Shown here in pieces: positions 57,956-64,000 of a stretch of 64,000 bases of DNA (positions are counted from its first letter, which is position 1; each line of letters starts with the position of its first letter). The stretch is from NCBI GenBank assembly GCA_038233335.1, contig JBBSME010000001.1, forward strand, positions 3,278-67,277. Direction: 5' to 3'. The DNA comes from Acidimicrobiales bacterium. GTDB taxonomy: Bacteria > Actinomycetota > Acidimicrobiia > Acidimicrobiales > Iamiaceae. A program made the position numbers and the translations under genes. Under the pieces are notes generated by a model that ran no database searches, was not told the origin of the DNA, and worked only from the letters and a program-made list of their open reading frames with translations.

Positions 57956-60703
57956 TCAGCCCAGGCGGCGGACGGTGGGGTCGGTGGCCCAGGGGGCGAG
58001 GACGAGGCGGACGTCGATGACTGCGGCCTGCTCGTCGGAGACGATGACCGGGGCCAGCCTGAGGTGCGCCACCTCGGGCACGGCGTCGGCCAGGGCCGAC
58101 ACCCGCAGCAGCAGGTCGACCAGGGCCTGGCGCCCGGCCGGGGCCAGGTCGGCCAGGTCCTCCGCCGCGGGGCCGTGGTTGACCAGGGCCACCGCATCGG
58201 CATCGGTGAGGGGCAGGATCCGCTGGACCATGCCCCCGCCCAGGGAGAGGCCGAAGCCCACCAGCGAGCCCAGCACCGGATCCTGGACCAGCTCGATCCG
58301 CACATCGACCCCGTTGGGAGCCATGTCCTGGACGAGGGCCGTCTCCATGGCCGTCCCGTGGCGACCGGCCATCCGCTCGTAGGAGCCGCGCAGCTCGTCG
58401 GCGACAAAGATGTCGACGGCCACGCCCCCCTCCTCCGTGCGGCTGGGGCGGTCGACCCCGGCCGCCTTGAGGGCGACGGGCCAGCCGATGGCCTCGGCGG
58501 CCGCGACCGCCTCGTCAGCAGTGGTCACCGCCTCCTGGGCCACGGGACGGATGCCGGCATCACCCAGCAGCGCCAGCGCGTCGGCCAGCACCAGCGGCTG
58601 GCGGGCCTCCCCGTCGACCGGCGACCCCGGTCCCGTGTCGAGCAGTCGGTCGGCGCGGGCCCGAGCGGCGTCCGCATCCACCCCATCCACCGACGGCACC
58701 GTCCCGGTCTGGTGGGCTCGCCACTCCTGGTAGCTGGCCACCCGCCCCAGGGCGTGGGCCGCGCCCTCCGGAAAGGTGAACACGGGCACCGTGCCGGCCA
58801 CGGCCGCGCCCGGGGCCACGGAACCGAGGAACGAGGCCACGATCGGCTTGGCGCTGTCGGCCGCCACCTCGGCCAGGGCCCGGGCCATGGGCTCGACCCC
58901 ACCGTCGATGGCCGGCGCGTGGAGGACCAGCAGAGCGTCGACGCTGGGGTCGTCCAGCAGACCCCGTGCGGCCAGGGTGAGCTCCCGAGGTCCGGCGTCG
59001 GAGGTCAGCTCGGAGGGGTTCCCGAAGCGGGTGCCGTCGAGCAGCTGCGGGCTGAGGGTCGCCTCGGTGGCGGGATCCAGGGTGGCCAGCTCGAGCCCGG
59101 CGGCCAGGCAGGCGTCGCTGGCCAGCACGGCCGGGCCCCAGAAGTTCGACAGCACCGCCACCCGGCGTCCGGCAGGGAGCGGCTGGTCGGCCAGCACCCG
59201 GGTCACGTCGAACAGCTGCTCGAGCGTGTCCACCCGGATCACCCCGGTCTGGGCCAGGAGCGCATCGGAGACCAGCTCGCTGACCTGGCCGGCGGTGCTC
59301 CCGGCGCGGGTCGGCCCCGCGAACCCGTCGCCCCGTCCGTCGATGCCCCGGTCCGGCCGGCGGCGGGCCAGGGCCGTGCCCGCCTTCACGGCCACGATCG
59401 GCTTGACCCGACCCACCCGCCGGGCGATGCGGGCGAAGTTTCGGGGGTTGCCGAAGCTCTCCAGGTAGAGCACGACCACGTCGGTGGCCTCGTCGTCCTC
59501 CCAGTACTGGAGCAGGTCGTTGCCCGACACGTCGGCCTTGTTGCCAGTGGCCACGAAGGAGGACACGCCCACGCCCAGCTGCTCCAGCCGCCGGAGCACC
59601 GCGGCCCCGATGGTGCCCGACTGGGACGACACCGCGACCCGACCGGGACGGGGCGCGACATCGGCGAAGGTGGCGACCAGCTGCACGTCCGGCGCGGTGT
59701 TGACCACGCCCATGGTGTTGGGGCCGATGAGCCGGATGCCGAGGCGACGGGCCTGCTCGACCAGGGCCGCCTCGCGAGCCGCCCCCTCCTCCCCGGCCTC
59801 GGCGAACCCGGCCGAGATGACGATCAGGCCCTGGACCCGCTTGCGCCCGCACTGCTCCACCACCTCGGTCACCTGGTCGGCGGGGACGACGACCACGGCC
59901 AGGTCGATCTCGTCGGGGACATCGAGGATGGTCGGGTGGGCCCGGACGCTGGCCACCACGTCGGCCTCGGGGTTGACCGGGTAGAGGGCGCCGTCGAGCT
60001 CTGCCGCCAGCAGCCGCCGGAAGACGGCCTGGCCCAGGCTGTCGGGCCGCCGCGACGCACCGATCACGGCCACCGAGCGGGGAGCGAGGATCCGGGCCAC
60101 CGACCGGGCCTCCGCTCGCCGGGCCCGCTCGGCCATGGCCTCCATGGCCTCCTCGGTCGGCTCGATGGGGAACTCGACCTCGATCACCCCGTCGCTGAAG
60201 CGGCTGGTGACCTCGAAGCCGACCTGGCGGAAGACGCCCAGCATCCGACGGTTGCTGGGCAGGACCTGAGCCGTGAACCCGGTGAGCCCGGCCTCGCGGG
60301 CCGCAGCCGCGAGGTACTCGAGAAGGACGGTGGCCATGCCTCGGCCGGAGTGCTGGTCGTCGGTGAAGAAGGCGACCTCGGCCTCGGAGCGCGCCGGGTG
60401 GCGGTCGTAGCGGGAAACCCCGACCAGCTCGTCGTTGATCAGCCCGATGAAGGCCATGCGGTCGATCCCGTCGACCTCGGTCAGGCGGGCGATGTCGGTG
60501 CTGCTCAGTCGGGGGCGGGGGCTGAAGTACCGGAAGTAGATGCTCTCGGGCGACTGCCGCTCGTGGAAGCGGGCGATGCGCTCCCCGTCCTCAGGCCGGA
60601 TGGGGCGCACGTGCATGGTGCCGCCGTCAGAGAGGACGACGTCGGCTTCCCACTGGTCGACCTCGATGTGGACCGGCTCGGGGGAAGACGCATCGTCGGC
60701 CAT
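57956..60703 (-). CDS. GNAT-(NDP-forming acyl-CoA synthetase) fusion, Pat-type protein lysine acetyltransferase
   Basis: N-terminal GNAT (SIYFRYF, GRGMAT); PRSVAVIGAS, GPN, SQSG and GNKADVS; ATP-grasp C-terminus. Confidence 0.92.
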   Translation of the reverse strand: MADDASSPEPVHIEVDQWEADVVLSDGGTMHVRPIRPEDGERIARFHERQSPESIYFRYFSPRPRLSSTDIARLTEVDGIDRMAFIGLINDELVGVSRYDRHPARSEAEVAFFTDDQHSGRGMATVLLEYLAAAAREAGLTGFTAQVLPSNRRMLGVFRQVGFEVTSRFSDGVIEVEFPIEPTEEAMEAMAERARRAEARSVARILAPRSVAVIGASRRPDSLGQAVFRRLLAAELDGALYPVNPEADVVASVRAHPTILDVPDEIDLAVVVVPADQVTEVVEQCGRKRVQGLIVISAGFAEAGEEGAAREAALVEQARRLGIRLIGPNTMGVVNTAPDVQLVATFADVAPRPGRVAVSSQSGTIGAAVLRRLEQLGVGVSSFVATGNKADVSGNDLLQYWEDDEATDVVVLYLESFGNPRNFARIARRVGRVKPIVAVKAGTALARRRPDRGIDGRGDGFAGPTRAGSTAGQVSELVSDALLAQTGVIRVDTLEQLFDVTRVLADQPLPAGRRVAVLSNFWGPAVLASDACLAAGLELATLDPATEATLSPQLLDGTRFGNPSELTSDAGPRELTLAARGLLDDPSVDALLVLHAPAIDGGVEPMARALAEVAADSAKPIVASFLGSVAPGAAVAGTVPVFTFPEGAAHALGRVASYQEWRAHQTGTVPSVDGVDADAARARADRLLDTGPGSPVDGEARQPLVLADALALLGDAGIRPVAQEAVTTADEAVAAAEAIGWPVALKAAGVDRPSRTEEGGVAVDIFVADELRGSYERMAGRHGTAMETALVQDMAPNGVDVRIELVQDPVLGSLVGFGLSLGGGMVQRILPLTDADAVALVNHGPAAEDLADLAPAGRQALVDLLLRVSALADAVPEVAHLRLAPVIVSDEQAAVIDVRLVLAPWATDPTVRRLG

Positions 60704-60791
60704 CGCGGTGAGGGTACTGAGGGCCGGCGGCCGGCGGGCCCCGGGGGTGACCGGTGACCTCGTTGCCGCGGCTCTGCTAGGAACGCCGGTC

Positions 60792-62195
60792 GTGCACCGC
60801 GTCCCCCTCCACGGCCACCTCGACCTGGGCCCGGTGTGGCGGGACCTGGAGCTGCCCACCGCCTTCCCGCCCGAGGTGGAGGCCGCCGCGGCCGAGGCCA
60901 CCGACGCCGTCCCCGAGCGGCGCGACGCCACCGACCTGGCCATGGTCACCGTGGACCCTCCCGGCTCGATGGACCTCGACCAGGCCCTCCACGTGGCCGA
61001 GCAGACCGACGGGGGCTGGCGGGTCAGCTACGCCATCGCCGATGTGGCCGCCCTGGTGCCCGCCGGCGGCCCCATCGATGTCGAAGCCCGACAGCGGGGG
61101 GAGACGCTGTACCTGCCCGACGGCCGGGTGCCGCTACACCCGCCGGCCCTGGGCGAGGGCGCGGCCAGCCTCCTGCCCGGCGAGGTGCGCCCTGCCGTGC
61201 TGTGGACCATCGACGTGAACGCCGACGGGGCAGCGGGTGCGATCCGGGTGGAGCGGGCCACCGTCCGCAGCCGGTCGCGTCACGACTACCGGACCCTCCA
61301 GGCCGCGCTCGACGACGGCTCCGCCCCGGAGGGCACCACCGCCCTGCCGGGGCTGGGTGCAGCCCGACGGGCCCAGGCCCGCGTGCGGGGCGCGATCGAG
61401 CTGGGCCTGCCCTCCCAGGAGGTGGTCCAGCGGCCGGACGGCACCTGGACCATCGAGCTGCGGGGCTCGCTCCCGGTGGAGGAGTGGAACGCGGAGGTGT
61501 CGCTCCTCACCGGCATGGCGGCGGCGTCCCTGATGCTCGAGGCCGGGATCGGCCTGCTGCGCACGCTGCCCGAACCCGAGGACCGCACCGTCGCCACCCT
61601 CCGCCGGGCCGCGCCGGCCCTCGGCGTGCTGTGGCCTGAGGGCGCGCTCCCCGGTGCGGTGCTCGCCGGGTTGGACAGCCACGACACCCACCACGCCGCC
61701 TTCATGGACCTGGCCGCCACCCTCCTGCGAGGTGCGGGCTACACCCCGTTCGACGGTGCCCGGCCGGAGCGGACGGCCCACGCCGGCGTGGCCTCGTCCT
61801 ACGCCCACGTCACCGCCCCGATCCGGCGGCTGTGCGACCGGTTCGCGACAGAGGTGTGCCTGGCCGTCGCCGCCGACCGCGACGTCCCGCAGTGGACCCG
61901 TGAGGCGCTGCCCCTCCTCCCCGACCTGATGAGCCAGAGCGGGCGCCGCTCCCGCGAGGTCGAGCGGGCCGCGGTGGACCACGTGGAGGCCTGGCTGCTG
62001 GCCGACCGCGTCGGCGACGTGTTCGAGGCTGCGGTCGTCGACCACGACGAGGAGCGGGACCGCTCCACCGTCGTCCTGGAGGACCCAGCGGTCCAGGCCC
62101 GCTGCGACGGCCGCCCGCCCCTCGGAGAGCGCACCGAGGTCCGCCTGGTCACCGCCGACCTCGCCTCCCGCACCGTCCGCTTCGCCCCCGCCTGA
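60792..62195 (+). CDS. RNB-domain ribonuclease (RNase II family)
   Basis: TVDPPGSMDLDQA, AIADV, RGETLY and YAHVTAPIRR motifs; start uncertain. Confidence 0.92.
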   Translation: MHRVPLHGHLDLGPVWRDLELPTAFPPEVEAAAAEATDAVPERRDATDLAMVTVDPPGSMDLDQALHVAEQTDGGWRVSYAIADVAALVPAGGPIDVEARQRGETLYLPDGRVPLHPPALGEGAASLLPGEVRPAVLWTIDVNADGAAGAIRVERATVRSRSRHDYRTLQAALDDGSAPEGTTALPGLGAARRAQARVRGAIELGLPSQEVVQRPDGTWTIELRGSLPVEEWNAEVSLLTGMAAASLMLEAGIGLLRTLPEPEDRTVATLRRAAPALGVLWPEGALPGAVLAGLDSHDTHHAAFMDLAATLLRGAGYTPFDGARPERTAHAGVASSYAHVTAPIRRLCDRFATEVCLAVAADRDVPQWTREALPLLPDLMSQSGRRSREVERAAVDHVEAWLLADRVGDVFEAAVVDHDEERDRSTVVLEDPAVQARCDGRPPLGERTEVRLVTADLASRTVRFAPA

Positions 62196-62224
62196 CCTCG
62201 ATCGAGGGCGGCGCCACCCTCCGA

Positions 62225-62269
62225 AACTGCGTACCTGGCTCGCGCTCGGCGCGACTCACGTACGCAGTT
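62225..62269. repeat. 45-bp hairpin element AACTGCGTAC...GTACGCAGTT
   Basis: 21-bp imperfect arms with a 3-nt loop. Confidence 0.7.
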
Positions 62270-62407
62270 CCCCTGGGGGCCAGGGGAGCGTCGATCTTGC
62301 GGGGGCGCCCAACCCGGAGACCACCGTGGCCAACGCGCCAGGACGGGGTGGCCCCCCTCAGCCTCCCGTCCCCGTGACCGGGGCTGGCCCTCGGTAGCCT
62401 CCGGGCC

Positions 62408-63022
62408 GTGATCGACGTCCTCGCGCTCCTGGCCGGCTTCGCCGTCGGTGTGCTGGCCGCGCTCGCCATCGCCGGCCTGGCCGGGGGCAAGTCCCCCGTC
62501 CGGGTCCCCGGGCCCGCCCGCGCGCCCGCTCCCTCTCCGGCCCCGCAGCCCCCGCAGCAGGCGGCCGCTCCCCCGCCCGCCATCCGCGTCAACCGCCCGT
62601 CGCCTGGCGCTCCTCCCGCCGACGCGCCAGCCCCGTCCCCGGCCGCTCGTCCGCCGTCCGGGCCGGTGCGGGCCCGACTGACACCGTCCGACGGGTCGGA
62701 CTCGGTCGACCTGGGCGACGAGGTGGTCACCATGGGCCGGGGCACCGACCAGCGCCTCCGCATCCCCGACAGCCGGGCCAGCCGGGCCCACGCCATCGTC
62801 CGCCCACGGGCCAAGGGTGGTTGGGAGCTCAAGGACATGGGCTCGGCCAACGGCACCCAGCTCAACGGCCACGCCATCCCCGAGGGACGGGTGGCGCCGC
62901 TGCGCGACGGCGACCGCATCGGCATCGGCCCGGTCACGATCACCTACTCGGAGCGCTCCGGCGGGTCACCGCCACCCGACCCCGGACCTGCGCCCGACCC
63001 CGACGCCACGAGGATCCTCTAG
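62408..63022 (+). CDS. Membrane-anchored FHA domain protein
   Basis: N-terminal TM and Pro-rich linker; GR, SR.HA, D.GS.NGT and GDRI motifs. Confidence 0.92.
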   Translation: MIDVLALLAGFAVGVLAALAIAGLAGGKSPVRVPGPARAPAPSPAPQPPQQAAAPPPAIRVNRPSPGAPPADAPAPSPAARPPSGPVRARLTPSDGSDSVDLGDEVVTMGRGTDQRLRIPDSRASRAHAIVRPRAKGGWELKDMGSANGTQLNGHAIPEGRVAPLRDGDRIGIGPVTITYSERSGGSPPPDPGPAPDPDATRIL

Positions 63023-64000
63023 ATGGTCGCCGTCATCCTCTTCGTGGTGGGCCTGGTCCAGGGCCTCGCGCTGGTCGGGGCCATCGTCGCCTTCCGCGGC
63101 CGGCGCACCGTCCGCCCCGACGGTCGCCCCGGCCGTCAGCGCGGCATGTGGCGCGTCCTGCTCGGCCTCATCGCCCTGGGCGTGGTCCTGAGCCTCCTGG
63201 CAGTGGAGGCGGGCTGGTTCTATGCCGTGCGCCAGTGGGACAAGGTGGAACGGGTCGACGTGGACGTCGACGGCCAGAGCGTCCTCGAAGGCAGCCCCAA
63301 GGGCACCAACTACCTGCTGGTGGGCACCGACAACCGGGAGGGGGTCGATGGCAACCGCTCCGACACGATCATGGTGCTGCGCACCGGCGACGGGCCGGCC
63401 CGCATCATGTCGCTGCCCCGTGACCTGCTGGTGCCCATCGCCGGCCGGGCCGACCCCACGCCGACGCTGATCAACGCGGCCTACAACGACGGCCCGGTCG
63501 CCCTGATCCAGACCGTGCAGCAGTCCGTCGGCATCCCCATCGACCGCTACATCGAGATCGGGTTCGACAGCTTCGCCGGTGTCGTCGATGCAGTGGGCGG
63601 GGTGGTCATCGACTTCGAGCACCCGGCGTTGGACACCGCGTCCGGCCTCGACGTCAAGGAGGCGGGCCCGGTCGAGCTCAACGGCGAGCAGGCCCTGGCC
63701 TACGTGCGCAGCCGCCGCTACACCGAGGTCATCGACGGGGTCGAGGTGACCGACCCGACCGCTGACCTGGGTCGGGTCCAACGCCAGCAGGTCTTCCTGC
63801 GGGCGGTGCTGGGCGAGGCGGGGGGCAACAAGAACCCCTTCGAGCTGGCCGAGGTGGGCAACGCCCTCCTGGGTGGGCTGCGGGTCGACAACCACATGGA
63901 GCTGATCGACGCCCTGCGCTTCGCCCTGGCCATGGGCGACCTCAACCCCGAGCCGACCACCCTCCCGACGGTGCCGGCGGCGTCGGACCCCAACCGCCTC
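63023..64000 (+). CDS. LCP (LytR-CpsA-Psr) family protein, 3' truncated by window edge
   Basis: Own translation: LLVGTD, RSDTIM, SLPRD, INAAY, AYVRSR and DLGRVQRQQ. Confidence 0.92.
   Translation, partial: MVAVILFVVGLVQGLALVGAIVAFRGRRTVRPDGRPGRQRGMWRVLLGLIALGVVLSLLAVEAGWFYAVRQWDKVERVDVDVDGQSVLEGSPKGTNYLLVGTDNREGVDGNRSDTIMVLRTGDGPARIMSLPRDLLVPIAGRADPTPTLINAAYNDGPVALIQTVQQSVGIPIDRYIEIGFDSFAGVVDAVGGVVIDFEHPALDTASGLDVKEAGPVELNGEQALAYVRSRRYTEVIDGVEVTDPTADLGRVQRQQVFLRAVLGEAGGNKNPFELAEVGNALLGGLRVDNHMELIDALRFALAMGDLNPEPTTLPTVPAASDPNRL

Noticed and set aside
55901-60757. 1618-aa plus-strand ORF and other long antisense ORFs (e.g. 2803-5034, 34759-37185)
   Set aside because: Shadow frames of well-supported opposite-strand genes in high-GC DNA; no motifs

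Overview
High-GC actinobacterial chromosome segment; gene content and style suggest Acidimicrobiia (inference). It is mostly housekeeping and metabolic genes: PBP1A, murF/ddl, citrate synthase, acyl-CoA ligases, sodN/sodX, SigK/RskA, Pat-type acetyltransferase, RNB, FHA and LCP. Four things stand out. (1) A TetR-linked lipid operon (34.1-41.2 kb) encodes a fatty acyl-CoA reductase-HAD fusion, a Zn-dehydrogenase, a LarA-fold protein and an acyltransferase; it is a candidate split, Elb-like ether-lipid pathway. (2) An integrase-less island at the 3' end of tRNA-Val(CAC) (about 17.4-24.2 kb) carries a Nur-like regulator with Nur-like boxes, a metal ABC transporter, an NmtR-like sensor fused in frame to a His-rich peptide, and a DUF433/PIN toxin-antitoxin pair. 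(3) A dispersed family of 45-68 bp hairpins shares structure but not sequence; one forms a translationally coupled mini-ORF and two bracket an ECF/FtsX-domain cassette. (4) A 105-bp MIRU-like repeat has one copy interrupting a gene. Several single-base frameshifts in homopolymers may be assembly errors. All family calls come from motif recognition by eye; no searches were run.
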